From: an uncultured Fibrobacterota bacterium
Lineage (GTDB): Bacteria > Fibrobacterota > Fibrobacteria > Fibrobacterales > Fibrobacteraceae
Assembly: GCA_903876665.1 (NCBI GenBank)
Contig: CAIRAY010000147.1
Span: forward strand, 1 to 64,000
Length of the DNA: 64,000 nucleotides
Direction of reading: 5' to 3'
The notes under the pieces are model-generated. The model was not told where the DNA came from. It worked only from the letters and a program-made list of their open reading frames with translations, and did not search any database. How positions within the stretch are numbered: the first letter of the stretch is position 1; each line of letters starts with the position of its first letter. Positions 17,811 through 27,925 of this stretch are shown here, in pieces. A program made the translations under genes and the position numbers.

Positions 17811-19622
17811 ATGTCGCAACGAGGCATAGATACAATCGCAGTACTTGACTTTGGTGGACAATACGCCCACCTCATTGCCAACCGCATCCGCCGGCTGGGT
17901 GTTTTCACCGAGATCCACTCTCCCGACACCTCTTTCGAAGCCTTGAAATCCGTCAAGGGCATAATTTTTTCCGGTGGCCCATCCAGCGTCTACGCCAAGG
18001 ATGCACCTAAATTCAACACCGAGATTTTGCAAAAGGCCACCGTGCCCATTCTGGGAATATGCTACGGCCATCAGCTGATTGCACATGAGCTTGGTGGCGT
18101 TGTCGAGCCAGGCAAAGTCAAGGAATATGGCATTGCAAATCTTCATGTTGTTGATTCGGCCAATGAATTGCTCCGCGACATTCCCCTCGATTCTCCCATG
18201 TGGATGAGCCACGGCGATCAAGTCATCACGCTCCCCGCAGGTTTCTGCACCATCGCTGAAACCGAGGATTGCCAAGCCGCCGCAGTGAGCTCCTCGGATC
18301 GGCCCATCTTTGGAATCCAATTCCATCCCGAAGTGACCCATTCCCAACATGGCGCACAATTGTTGCTAAACTTTGCCCGCATTTGTGACTGCCTGGATTC
18401 TTGGAACATGAAGTCCTACCTGCCTCTGATTTCGGAGCGCATCCAGGAACAAGTGGGTGAGCGTAATGTATTTCTGCTCGTTTCGGGGGGCGTAGATTCT
18501 ACCGTGGCTTTTGTTTTGCTCAACCGCATCCTGGGTCCGGAACGGGTGTTGGGACTTCACATTGACAACGGAATGATGCGCCTCAACGAGAGCGATAAGG
18601 TGCTGGAATTCCTTCAATCCGAAGGGATGGACAACCTGATGGTTGCCGATGCCACCAGTGACTTTTTGACTCCTATTGCCACCGAATCCTCTCCGGAGAC
18701 AAAACGCAAGAGCATCGGCGCAACCTTCCTTCGCGTCAAGGACCGTGAGCTCGAGCGCCTCATGCTGAACCCGGATGAATGGATGATTGCTCAAGGCACC
18801 ATTTATCCAGATACGATTGAAAGCGGTGGCACCAAAAATGCCGACCTGATCAAGACTCACCACAACCGCGTTGCGGAAGTGATGGAACTCATGGAAAAGG
18901 GTCTGCTACTGGAACCATTGGCAGACCTTTACAAAGACGAAGTCCGCATGCTAGGCGAAGAGTTGGGAATTCCCCATGCCCTGGTCTGGCGTCACCCATT
19001 TCCAGGACCGGGCCTGGGTGTCCGCATGCTTTGCTCGGACGGAAACTTTGAGGGCCCAAGCATTTCCGATGTGGAAGGTCTCGAAGACTACTTGGAACAC
19101 CATGGCCTACGCGCGTTCCTGCTCCCCATCCGCAGCGTCGGAGTTCAGGGTGATGGTCGCACTTACGCACAACCGCTCGTGCTGACCAATCCTGATTTGG
19201 ATTGGGACGCCAATGAGCGCCACGCCACGGCAATAGCCAACCGCTTCCGCGTGGTCAACCGCGTGGTATGGCAAGTGAACGCAGTGACCACTTCTGCGCC
19301 CTTGCTGGTCCGGCAATTTTGCGATAAACCCAATCTGGACATGTTGCGCGAGTTCGATGCCATCTGCACGGAATTTTTGCAAAAGCACAACCTTTACGAA
19401 AGCATCTGGCAAATGCCCGTGGTCCAGCTACCCCTGCGCCTGCAGGGCAAGCCCGTGATCGTGATCCGTCCGGTGAATTCCAGCGAAGCCATGACTGCAA
19501 ATTTTGCGCGAATTCCTAACGCCAAATTATTACTCCTCTGGGGACAACTCCGGGCCGCTGGCGCGGGAGCCTTGTACTACGACGTTACACACAAACCACC
19601 CGGAACCATCGAGTGGGAATAA
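17811..19622 (+). CDS. guaA: GMP synthase (glutamine-hydrolysing), long form
   Basis: Class-I GATase N-terminus (ICYGHQ), PP-loop SGGVDSTVAF, and a C-terminal dimerisation domain ending ...PPGTIEWE. At 603 aa it is longer than typical. Confidence 0.9.
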   Translation: MSQRGIDTIAVLDFGGQYAHLIANRIRRLGVFTEIHSPDTSFEALKSVKGIIFSGGPSSVYAKDAPKFNTEILQKATVPILGICYGHQLIAHELGGVVEPGKVKEYGIANLHVVDSANELLRDIPLDSPMWMSHGDQVITLPAGFCTIAETEDCQAAAVSSSDRPIFGIQFHPEVTHSQHGAQLLLNFARICDCLDSWNMKSYLPLISERIQEQVGERNVFLLVSGGVDSTVAFVLLNRILGPERVLGLHIDNGMMRLNESDKVLEFLQSEGMDNLMVADATSDFLTPIATESSPETKRKSIGATFLRVKDRELERLMLNPDEWMIAQGTIYPDTIESGGTKNADLIKTHHNRVAEVMELMEKGLLLEPLADLYKDEVRMLGEELGIPHALVWRHPFPGPGLGVRMLCSDGNFEGPSISDVEGLEDYLEHHGLRAFLLPIRSVGVQGDGRTYAQPLVLTNPDLDWDANERHATAIANRFRVVNRVVWQVNAVTTSAPLLVRQFCDKPNLDMLREFDAICTEFLQKHNLYESIWQMPVVQLPLRLQGKPVIVIRPVNSSEAMTANFARIPNAKLLLLWGQLRAAGAGALYYDVTHKPPGTIEWE

Positions 19623-19637
19623 TCCACAGGTAAGACC

Positions 19638-20807
19638 TTGGGCAAAAAGCACGAAAAAGCCATCTTGGTGGGTGTCGCGGTGGGGAGGACAAAGATTGTC
19701 GTTGCCCAGGAACACCTCAATGAATTGCATCGGCTGGCAGAAACAGCAGAGGCCGAGGTTGTTGCAAGCTTCATGCAACGACTGCCAAGCTATAACGCAT
19801 CTACCTTGATCGGCGAAGGCAAGGTCGCAGAAATTGCGGAAAAAGCCAAGGAGCTCGAAGTCGATCTGGTTATTTTCGATGAGGATCTTTCGGGTTCCCA
19901 GATCAAAAATTTGGAGGCCTTGCTTCCAGGAATCAAAGTACTCGACCGCACCGGAATCATCCTCGACATCTTCGCGCGACATGCCAAGACCGCCGAATCA
20001 CGCATCATGGTCGAAATCGCGCAAATGGAATACACCATGCCCCGCCTAACCCGCGCATGGACGCACCTCTGTCGCCAGGTCGGCGGCATTGGGACACGTG
20101 GCCCGGGCGAGACCCAGCTCGAAGTGGACAGGCGCTCCATCCGTACCCGAATTCAAGCCCTCAAAAAGAAACTGAAGAAGATCGAACAGGCCCGCGAAAT
20201 GCAGGCAGACCGGCGCGAAGAAGCCTTCCACATTGCCATTGTCGGCTACACCAACGCGGGAAAATCCACTCTGACCAATCGTCTCACCGGAGCAGGCGTT
20301 CTGGTCGAGGACAAACTTTTTGCGACCTTGGACTCCACCACGCGCAAACTATTCATTGCTCCCAACAAGCCGGTAATCCTTTCCGACACGGTGGGATTTA
20401 TCCGGAAACTGCCTCATCACCTGGTGCAAGCTTTCCGCAGTACCCTGGGCGTTGTGGGCACCGCGGACTGCATCCTCGAAGTCCTCGATTGTTCCGCCCC
20501 GGATTACATGGAACATATGGATGTCACGAATCATGTTCTTTCCACCTTGGTCGAGGAAAAAATTCCCCGCATCCGGGTTTTTAACAAGTCCGATGCAGCC
20601 ACTCCTGCGCGCCTGGAAGAAATCCACACCAACCACCCCGGCTCCCCCGTCATCTCGGCACTAGAAAACACGGGGCTTGACGCCCTCAAACAACAATTGA
20701 TTGCGCTTGAAATCGACTGGAAGAAAAATAGGGAAATTGAAGCCCGCGAAGCTCAAGCAAGAGCCGAAGCCCGCGAAGCCGAAGAATTCTTATATTCTTC
20801 CCTATGA
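19638..20807 (+). CDS. hflX: GTPase HflX (track start is TTG)
   Basis: HflX N-terminal domain plus G-domain motifs GYTNAGKST, DTVGF and NKSD. Confidence 0.85.
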   Translation: MGKKHEKAILVGVAVGRTKIVVAQEHLNELHRLAETAEAEVVASFMQRLPSYNASTLIGEGKVAEIAEKAKELEVDLVIFDEDLSGSQIKNLEALLPGIKVLDRTGIILDIFARHAKTAESRIMVEIAQMEYTMPRLTRAWTHLCRQVGGIGTRGPGETQLEVDRRSIRTRIQALKKKLKKIEQAREMQADRREEAFHIAIVGYTNAGKSTLTNRLTGAGVLVEDKLFATLDSTTRKLFIAPNKPVILSDTVGFIRKLPHHLVQAFRSTLGVVGTADCILEVLDCSAPDYMEHMDVTNHVLSTLVEEKIPRIRVFNKSDAATPARLEEIHTNHPGSPVISALENTGLDALKQQLIALEIDWKKNREIEAREAQARAEAREAEEFLYSSL

Positions 20808-20979
20808 GCAAAATCTTTTCGCATATTCTATCCCAATACAGTTGGAAATTTTTAGCGGTTATGTCCGCTCTTGTGCTAATTCTTTCCATCGCCAACAACC
20901 TGATCCAGCCACAGGACCGCAAGGTCGCTTGGATCGGGGGACAGGAAGTTCTGGCCAAACCGGCTCCGGAGGGTGCCGA

Positions 20980-21633
20980 ATGAAAACCATATTTTCTGCA
21001 ATTCTTCTCACCCTAGGGACCATCGTGTTTGGTTTGGGCATTTGCGAAATATCCTTTCCCGATGCGTTTTCATGGACCGAAGTGCTGTCCGGGATTTTTC
21101 CAAAGCTGTATCGCTATGGAGTTTGGATCGGCGTGGCAGAATGCACGTTCGCAACCTTGCTCGCTGTTTTCGCTTGGTTCCTGGACCGCGCCTTTGCCCG
21201 CAAAGGACTGGAAACCCTGTTCCGCCTTGGAATTGGAGGGATGTTCATCTTTGCCTCCTGGTTCAAGATTTCCGACCCCAAAGGCTTCGCGATTCTGGTC
21301 GCCCAGTATCAATTCCTTCCCCACGACCTGGTCAATATTTTCGCCCTGGTAATGCCCATGGCCGAAATCCTTTTTGGATTCGCCCTGATCTTTACTCCTT
21401 TCAACCGCGAAAGCGCGAGTATGATCTTTCTAATGTTCATCGCATTCATGGTGGCCCTTGCGAGCGCACTTTGGCGAGACCTTGGCATCACCTGCGGTTG
21501 CTTTGCCCTGGAAGGCGCGCAAGACAAATCCGAGGCTTGGACAGCCCTAATCCGTGACCTGATCCTGATTGGCCCTACCCTTTGGCTCACTAGACTCGAG
21601 AACCGCAGCCTCTGGAAAATCTGGCGTAAATAG
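20980..21633 (+). CDS. DoxX/MauE-family integral membrane protein
   Basis: Start at MKTIFSAILL; the track ORF begins earlier, inside hflX. Four or five TM helices and the CGCF motif (DLGITCGCFALEG) typical of MauE-like proteins. Confidence 0.5.
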   Translation: MKTIFSAILLTLGTIVFGLGICEISFPDAFSWTEVLSGIFPKLYRYGVWIGVAECTFATLLAVFAWFLDRAFARKGLETLFRLGIGGMFIFASWFKISDPKGFAILVAQYQFLPHDLVNIFALVMPMAEILFGFALIFTPFNRESASMIFLMFIAFMVALASALWRDLGITCGCFALEGAQDKSEAWTALIRDLILIGPTLWLTRLENRSLWKIWRK

Positions 21634-21698
21634 GGTTTTGCTCTTGCAGATTTGATCCTTTTTTGGTTTAATTGAGCAACCCTCTACAAGGAGTCCGC

Positions 21699-22796
21699 AT
21701 GGCGCTATTTGAAAAAATCATGGCTGAATTTATCGATATCATCGAATGGAACGATGATTCAGCCGACACTATCCTCTGGCGCTTCCCCCGCTTTCAGGAC
21801 GAAATCAAGAATGGCGCAAAGCTCACGGTTCGGCCTAGCCAGGTCGCGGTCTTTGTGAACGAGGGCAAAGTTGCGGACATTTTTCCTCCAGGAATGCACA
21901 CGCTCTCCACCCAAAACCTACCCGTCCTTTCCACCCTGAAAGGCTGGAAATTTGGCTTTGACAGCCCCTTCAAGGCTGAAGTTTATTTTTTGAGCACCCG
22001 GCAATTCACCGACCTGAAATGGGGCACCAAAAATCCAGTCATGATGCGCGATCAAGACTTTGGCATGGTACGCCTGCGGGCCTTCGGCTCATACGTAATC
22101 AAAGTGGATGATCCCAAAAAGGTTGTGGAGCAGGTCGCTGGAACAAACCCCGTCTTTTCCGTGGAAGACGTGCGGGAACAGCTTCGCAACATTGTGACCT
22201 CTCGTTTCGCCGACATGCTGGGATCGGCAAAAATCCCCGCCCTGGATTTGGCGGCCCGCTACGACGAACTTTCCGCTCAGTTGTCCAAACTTATTGCGGC
22301 CGAATTCAGCCAGCTTGGATTTGCCACCACCCAGGTCCTGGTCGAAAATATCTCCCTCCCCGAAGAAGTTGAAAAAGCCATTGACAAGCGTAGCAGCATG
22401 GGCGCAGTCGGCAACCTCGATCAATTCACCAAATTCCAGGCCGCAAACGCCCTGGAAGCCGCCGCCAAAAACCCCGGAGGAGGCGCCTCCGCGGGCTTAG
22501 GTTTGGGAGTCGGAATGGGAATGGCGGGACAACTTGGAGCCATCGGAGCCGCAGCCACGGCCCCCACTACATCATCTACGCCTCCACCCCTCAATGCGGG
22601 TGGCCCGCCCCCCTTGCCGCAAAAGGAATGGTGGGTTGCCGTTTCCGGACAACAAAATGGTCCGCACGATCTTTCCGGCTTGGCTTCCCTTATGGTGCAA
22701 GGCGCTATCAACCGGGAAACTCTAGCCTGGAAGCAAGGCTTCTCGGGCTGGATGCCCATGACGGCAGTGCCCGAATTGAAATCCCTTTTCGGATAA
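21699..22796 (+). CDS. SPFH/band-7 domain protein with a C-terminal DUF4339-like (GYF-like) domain
   Basis: SPFH core with a Gly/Pro-rich linker, and a C-terminal WWVAVSGQQNGPHDLSGLASLMVQGAINRETLAWKQGFSGWMPMTAVPEL. Alternative start at 21672. Confidence 0.65.
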   Translation: MALFEKIMAEFIDIIEWNDDSADTILWRFPRFQDEIKNGAKLTVRPSQVAVFVNEGKVADIFPPGMHTLSTQNLPVLSTLKGWKFGFDSPFKAEVYFLSTRQFTDLKWGTKNPVMMRDQDFGMVRLRAFGSYVIKVDDPKKVVEQVAGTNPVFSVEDVREQLRNIVTSRFADMLGSAKIPALDLAARYDELSAQLSKLIAAEFSQLGFATTQVLVENISLPEEVEKAIDKRSSMGAVGNLDQFTKFQAANALEAAAKNPGGGASAGLGLGVGMGMAGQLGAIGAAATAPTTSSTPPPLNAGGPPPLPQKEWWVAVSGQQNGPHDLSGLASLMVQGAINRETLAWKQGFSGWMPMTAVPELKSLFG

Positions 22797-22809
22797 TCCT
22801 CAGCTCCCA

Positions 22810-23481
22810 ATGAAGTGCGCAACCTGCTCCGCCCCTCTCCCACCGAACAAGTCCCGCTGTCAATATTGCGGAACGGTTACCGATGTGGACCTGAGCGGTA
22901 AACATCATTTCACGACCAACCAGCCCACCACGCCTAGGCCCTGCTGTGGATGTGGCAAAATCATGGCCACGGTCAATGTGGGAACGGAAGACGCCCCCTT
23001 TTACATCGAACGTTGCAGTGATTGCCTCGGTCTTTTTTTCGATCCAGGCGAGCTGGATTCCTTTGTGGATCACACCATCCGCTCGGTATTTTCGATCAAC
23101 CAACTGGCCCTCGCGAGCATGTCCAACGTGAGTTCCTCCGAAGTTGTCCGTTATCGCAAGTGCCCCGTCTGCTCTAAACTGATGAACCGGATCAACTTTG
23201 GAAAGAGCAGTGGCGTGATTGTGGACCAGTGCCAGGACCATGGCATTTATTTGGATGCAGGCGAGCTACACCGAATTTTAGCTTGGGTACGCCTGGGTGG
23301 CAAACTTCGCGCGCAAGCCAACACCGATGCAGAAACCGAAGCGGCTTCGCGAACCGTTGCTCAGGCACGAAAGTATTTGGATCAACCCTCTTCGACCTAT
23401 CAGCCAGGAATGGAGAATGCCCCCGAAACCATGGTTTCCAAGGTCACAGACTTTTTGATAAAAATTATGGGAAATACCTGA
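22810..23481 (+). CDS. Zinc-ribbon protein with two TFIIB-type zinc-ribbon modules (zf-TFIIB-like)
   Basis: CATCSAPL...CQYCG; CCGCGKIMATVNVGTEDAPFYIERCSDCLGLFFDPGELDSF; and CPVCSKLMNRINFGKSSGVIVDQCQDHGIYLDAGELHRIL. Confidence 0.6.
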   Translation: MKCATCSAPLPPNKSRCQYCGTVTDVDLSGKHHFTTNQPTTPRPCCGCGKIMATVNVGTEDAPFYIERCSDCLGLFFDPGELDSFVDHTIRSVFSINQLALASMSNVSSSEVVRYRKCPVCSKLMNRINFGKSSGVIVDQCQDHGIYLDAGELHRILAWVRLGGKLRAQANTDAETEAASRTVAQARKYLDQPSSTYQPGMENAPETMVSKVTDFLIKIMGNT

Positions 23482-23484
23482 AAT

Positions 23485-23509
23485 GTGTGATGCCCGTGCC
23501 GGGCATGAT
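23485..23509. repeat. Palindrome-family member D (subtype II): tgtgatgcccg-tgc-cgggcatgata, between the convergent zinc-ribbon gene and the hybrid histidine kinase gene.
   Basis: Read directly from the sequence. It shares 22 of 25 positions with the 13056-13080 copy. Confidence 0.85.
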
Positions 23510-23541
23510 AACCGGAGTAGCCCAACAGCATTGGAGCTAGG

Positions 23542-24705
23542 CTACCCTAACAACCAGGCTTTGATTCGCACAATGTCAAAGGGCTTTTCAAACAAGGAAA
23601 TCCCTTTCAATTGTAGAACCCGGGTGTCCATTTCGATGGCATACCCCGTCATCAGGGCGATGCGGGTCTGGGGGGAAACCTGGCGGATAAACTCACAGAG
23701 AGCAAGGCCATCTTCCGCCCCAAGATGCTGGTCCACCAAAATAGACTTTATGCGTAATCCCGAATCCAGGATCGATTTAACTTCATCTCCACAGGAGCAG
23801 GCCCGAAAGGGGATGAGGGCTCCCCGGATAAGCTCCGACAATAAATCCCGCACTCCGGCCTCGTCATCCACCACGACCACCAAATCCCCGGTAGCCTCAG
23901 GCAGCTCGGGTAGAATGTTGTCGGAATGAAGTAAGGCTAAATTTTCTTCGTCGACTTCCATCTCCCGCGCCTTGTACATGGTGAGCGGGAACAAAAGACG
24001 GATCCGGGCGGTTTGACCCCCTACCCTTTCCAAAGCCACGACTCCGCCCATGATTTCCAGGAACTCGCGTACCACCATGATTCCCGCGGATTCGATTTCG
24101 TTGGTGGTTCCGGAAATCACCCGTTGAAGAATCTCCCAGTCGATACGGTCGTCGGAACTGACCAGGTCCAGGGCAAGCACCGTTTCGGGAGCTTTTTGGC
24201 CCAGGCGGGCAGAAAAATTGGAAGTGCGGATGGTGAGATTTCCGCCCTTGGGAAGGACATCGCGGGCAAGCACCAACAGGTGAAGAACGATGCCCTGGAA
24301 TAGATTCGGGTCACCGGTGATCCAGGCCGTGCTCGCCCCCAGATCCCAGGTAATCCGGTATCGGCCAGGCATGGTGACTTCGGTGATTCCCTGCAGCTCT
24401 TCCAAGAGCATGTGGGCATCGATCAAGGTTACCTGACGGCGATCCTTTCGGGTAAAAATTTTGAGACGATCCACCATCTCGGCGGCTCTGGAGCAGGAAG
24501 CCAGGATCACCTCCGAATAACGAAGCACTTCGGGCTCAAGCCCTCCAAACCGACGACGTAACAATTCGGCGTAGCCACTAATGGCGGAGAGAGCATTATT
24601 GAAATCATGGGCCATGCCCGAAGCGAGGAGGCCCAGCGCCTGTTGCTTGCGGGCCAAAAGCAAATCCCGTTCGAGCCGTAAAATCCGTTCGTCGCGAAGA
24701 TTCAT
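23542..24705 (-). CDS. Cytoplasmic hybrid sensor histidine kinase / response regulator lacking any N-terminal sensor domain (DHp, a partly degenerate ATPase domain, and REC)
   Basis: H-box MAHDFNNALSAISGYAELL, a CA-domain remnant (ESAGIMVVREFLEIMGGVVALE), and a receiver domain with VVVVDDEAG...D...K. No TM or PAS domains. It is the last gene of the ABC operon. Confidence 0.75.
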   Translation of the reverse strand: MNLRDERILRLERDLLLARKQQALGLLASGMAHDFNNALSAISGYAELLRRRFGGLEPEVLRYSEVILASCSRAAEMVDRLKIFTRKDRRQVTLIDAHMLLEELQGITEVTMPGRYRITWDLGASTAWITGDPNLFQGIVLHLLVLARDVLPKGGNLTIRTSNFSARLGQKAPETVLALDLVSSDDRIDWEILQRVISGTTNEIESAGIMVVREFLEIMGGVVALERVGGQTARIRLLFPLTMYKAREMEVDEENLALLHSDNILPELPEATGDLVVVVDDEAGVRDLLSELIRGALIPFRACSCGDEVKSILDSGLRIKSILVDQHLGAEDGLALCEFIRQVSPQTRIALMTGYAIEMDTRVLQLKGISLFEKPFDIVRIKAWLLG

Positions 24706-24708
24706 TTT

Positions 24709-26937
24709 TTACCCCTTGACAGCACCACCGGTCAGGCCGGAAACAATGTGGCGTTGCATCAAAAAGAAAAGCACCATAACCGGAAGCGTGGCAACCGTGG
24801 CTGCCGCCATCAACAAATCGAAGCGATTGCCAAATTGCCCCACATACAAACGGATACCAACCGGAATGGTTGCCGTGGAGGTATCCGTGCAAAGAACCCA
24901 GGCGAACATCAGTTCGTCCCAAGCAAGAAGAAACACGTAAATGCCAGTCGCCACAATTCCGGGCAGGGCCGCAGGAATGGTAATGCGTATAAACGCCCCA
25001 AAAGGAGAACACCCATCAATCATGGCGGCCTCCTCCAGCTCACGTGGGATGCTCGCAAAGAATCCACGCAGGATCCAGGTAGACATGGGAATAAAAAAGG
25101 CTGAATACACGAGGATGATTCCATGCCAAGTATTCACCATTTCAATCATAACATACTGCTGAATGGTGGTAAACAAGATAAAAATAGGAATCAAATACAA
25201 AATTCCTGGAACCATTTGCGTCGCAAGGATCGTCATGCTTAGCAACCGTTTTCCCGGAAACTCAAAGCGCACAATGGCGTAGCTTGCCAAAGCAGCCACC
25301 AGCACGGAAATAAACATGACGCTCAGGCAAATGACCAGGGAATTGCGCAGGAAACGACCAAAGGGAATGGTCTTCCACAGGTCCTCATAATTTCGCCAAT
25401 GTAGCTGGAAACGCCCTTCGGGAACCTGCTGATGCCAATAGGTCCGATGACTGGAACGATCAATGCTCGAGGCGAATCCAAACAACCCCCCCAGCCGAAG
25501 AACTCCAGCATCGCTCTTGATGGTATGGACCACCGCATCGGTGGCCTCATGAGTAGAATTCGATTCAAAAACCTTGGAATAAAGGAGAATTGGAATCTCA
25601 TTTTCGGAGGCATCTTCCGGGGCATTGACCCAGTCCATTTTATCGACGACTAGCACACCTTCGGAGGTCCCAATGAAGGCGCTGACCGAATCCACTTCCA
25701 GAGCGGTTATGTCGGAGGTAATGGAGCGAAACATAGGCATGGCCAAGGATTTTCCTTCTCCACGCCGGAAATTGAAAGCCATCACCTCTTGTCCATAACC
25801 CAGGAGAATATTTGCCGAGTCCAACCTCGCCACAGTGACATCGCGCCCATCCAAATACTTAAGTCCGTATTCCCCAAAAAGAAAAGTTGCGGAAACTTTG
25901 TGTGCAACGACATCGACCAAATTAAGGCCCGCATCGGTAATCGCCAAAACTTCCCGGTCGCTGATGCGAACCAGGTGCTGAATGGCGGTGGAAGATAGCC
26001 CATGTTGGGCTGTGATCCAACGGACGGAGCCGGTTTTGGGATCGAGAACTCCGACCCCCGGAAAGTCATCCCACCAGAGCGCAAAACAGATTTGCCCGTT
26101 CCCGCAAGGAGTGATGCTGGTCCCGTGGCCTGAACCGGGAATTCTGTTGACCCAGACATCGGTCCATGGCACCTGGAGGAAGCGAGAAATATTTCCAGGA
26201 AATCTCTCTGCCAAGCACCAACGGAAAAGCTCCCGGTCCTTTTGAGGAGTGCGTTCCTGCTTGTAAAGCCAGGGAATCACGGGATTGAACCAAGAAGGAA
26301 CTTTTTTCCATTCCTCAAGAGTTTTGGCGAGCATGACTTGATCAAGCAAAATCCGGTTCAGGGAATCGAGAAGGGAAGCGTCCCTGGAAAAGCGGATTCC
26401 TGTCACCTCGGAAAGGCTTGCACCTTCGTTGGCTTCCACCAGGGGGTCCCGGTTAAACTGATCCGCAGCCGCACCATACTCTCGCGCAAAAATTTCGCCC
26501 GGTAATTCCATAAAGGGAGTAAAATCGGTCGCTTCAAAACGCTCCTGAATTTCCCCCCAATCCCAATGCTTGGTTTCTTGCCAGGCGGCAAGATCCACCA
26601 ACGAAATCCCCCCATCGGCACTGGCCACCCAAAGGTCCTGACCGTTGCGAGAATATGAGGTGGACTGATATCCTAAATTCAGGTAGCGGGGTTCGTCCTT
26701 AGGCCGTTCCAGACTATACAGATAAAGTTCACCATTCACTGTACCCGCAAGCATTCCAAGACCAGGAACCGAGTCTGCTAGGAATACATCGTTCCTCTGA
26801 AGGTCCGGCAGAGTCTTTCCTTGCAAGATTTCATTATTGCCCATCAAAGAACACCAAACCATCCAAAGAATGGGAAATGCATTCAAGGCAACAAAGATCC
26901 ATGTAAGCGGAGTCCAAAGGAATCTGGATTTATCCAT
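24709..26937 (-). CDS. Carbohydrate ABC transporter permease (MalG/UgpE-like) carrying a periplasmic domain of about 450 aa inserted after TM1
   Basis: The C-terminal 270 aa have the EAAMIDGCSPF (EAA) motif and the MalG TM pattern. The N-terminus has one TM helix (TWIFVALNAFPILWMVWCSL) followed by a long soluble beta-rich domain. Confidence 0.8.
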   Translation of the reverse strand: MDKSRFLWTPLTWIFVALNAFPILWMVWCSLMGNNEILQGKTLPDLQRNDVFLADSVPGLGMLAGTVNGELYLYSLERPKDEPRYLNLGYQSTSYSRNGQDLWVASADGGISLVDLAAWQETKHWDWGEIQERFEATDFTPFMELPGEIFAREYGAAADQFNRDPLVEANEGASLSEVTGIRFSRDASLLDSLNRILLDQVMLAKTLEEWKKVPSWFNPVIPWLYKQERTPQKDRELFRWCLAERFPGNISRFLQVPWTDVWVNRIPGSGHGTSITPCGNGQICFALWWDDFPGVGVLDPKTGSVRWITAQHGLSSTAIQHLVRISDREVLAITDAGLNLVDVVAHKVSATFLFGEYGLKYLDGRDVTVARLDSANILLGYGQEVMAFNFRRGEGKSLAMPMFRSITSDITALEVDSVSAFIGTSEGVLVVDKMDWVNAPEDASENEIPILLYSKVFESNSTHEATDAVVHTIKSDAGVLRLGGLFGFASSIDRSSHRTYWHQQVPEGRFQLHWRNYEDLWKTIPFGRFLRNSLVICLSVMFISVLVAALASYAIVRFEFPGKRLLSMTILATQMVPGILYLIPIFILFTTIQQYVMIEMVNTWHGIILVYSAFFIPMSTWILRGFFASIPRELEEAAMIDGCSPFGAFIRITIPAALPGIVATGIYVFLLAWDELMFAWVLCTDTSTATIPVGIRLYVGQFGNRFDLLMAAATVATLPVMVLFFLMQRHIVSGLTGGAVKG

Positions 26938-27925
26938 TACTCAGGTCCTCCCGGAAGCGGCGATACCAGAGCATCACCACCACCATCATGACCACCATGA
27001 GCATGGAGGACATGGCCGCGCCCACTCCAAAATTCCACATCTGGAAGGAATTGCGGAAGATATTCGGCATCAGCAAATCACCATACTTTCCCGGAAACCC
27101 TGCTCCATTTCCAAACATCATGCTGACGATATTGAAGGAATACACATTGGTGATCAGGCCCTGCAAGACGATCATTGCGATCACTGGCCGCAAAAGTGGC
27201 AAGGTAATATGAAAGAACTGTTCGGATTTTTTGGCTCCATCCATGGCTGCGGCCTCGTAAATTTCTTTGGGGATCGAAGAAAGGCCCGCCAGGAACATCA
27301 CCATGGCAAAGGGCCAAAATCTCCACACCGTTGGAATTACAATGGCCCATAGAGTATTTTCGCCAGTCAGCCAACGGGGTTTAATCAGATTCCCAATCGC
27401 ATCATAATCCCAATGCACCCCAATCCAAGAGGTCATTACATCCAAATGCATCCGGTCAAAAAGCAGTTGATTGACGATCCCCTCCTCCTGCTGCCACATG
27501 AATCCCCAAAGCATTCCCACCACATAGGAAGGAATGATCCAGGAGAACAGCAACAAGGTCCTGGCCACCGCACGACCCTTGAAATTCCGGTGCACCAAAA
27601 GCGCTCCTCCGATTCCCAGGAGGATCGTTCCCCCAGTCACAAAAACCGTATAGAGAATGGTATTGCGGATGGCATCGAAAAGCCCCTGACGGATTTGGCT
27701 ATCGCTGGAAAAGAGAATTTGTTTGTAATTCTCGAAACCCACGAAGGGTGCATGAAGATACTGCTCAATGGTTGACTTGTTGGATTCGAGCATGGAGAGC
27801 ACAAGCCCTTGCACAATGGGGAACACATGCAAAAACAGCAACCCGAGAACTGCGGGCGCAACGAACAACAAAGGAACCTTGTATGCAGACCAGACATCTC
27901 TCCTCATTGGTGCCCCCTGCGCCAT
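26930..27925 (-). CDS. Carbohydrate ABC transporter permease (MalF/UgpA-like)
   Basis: EAA motif IYEAAAMDGAKKSEQFFHITLP and a 6-TM pattern. Confidence 0.85.
   Translation of the reverse strand: MAQGAPMRRDVWSAYKVPLLFVAPAVLGLLFLHVFPIVQGLVLSMLESNKSTIEQYLHAPFVGFENYKQILFSSDSQIRQGLFDAIRNTILYTVFVTGGTILLGIGGALLVHRNFKGRAVARTLLLFSWIIPSYVVGMLWGFMWQQEEGIVNQLLFDRMHLDVMTSWIGVHWDYDAIGNLIKPRWLTGENTLWAIVIPTVWRFWPFAMVMFLAGLSSIPKEIYEAAAMDGAKKSEQFFHITLPLLRPVIAMIVLQGLITNVYSFNIVSMMFGNGAGFPGKYGDLLMPNIFRNSFQMWNFGVGAAMSSMLMVVMMVVVMLWYRRFREDLSNG

Noticed and set aside
19638-20807. HflX as part of a defence or novel system
   Set aside because: It sits in a housekeeping context (between guaA and membrane proteins), and the canonical N-terminal HflX domain is present. 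There is no indication of a defence-island neighbourhood.
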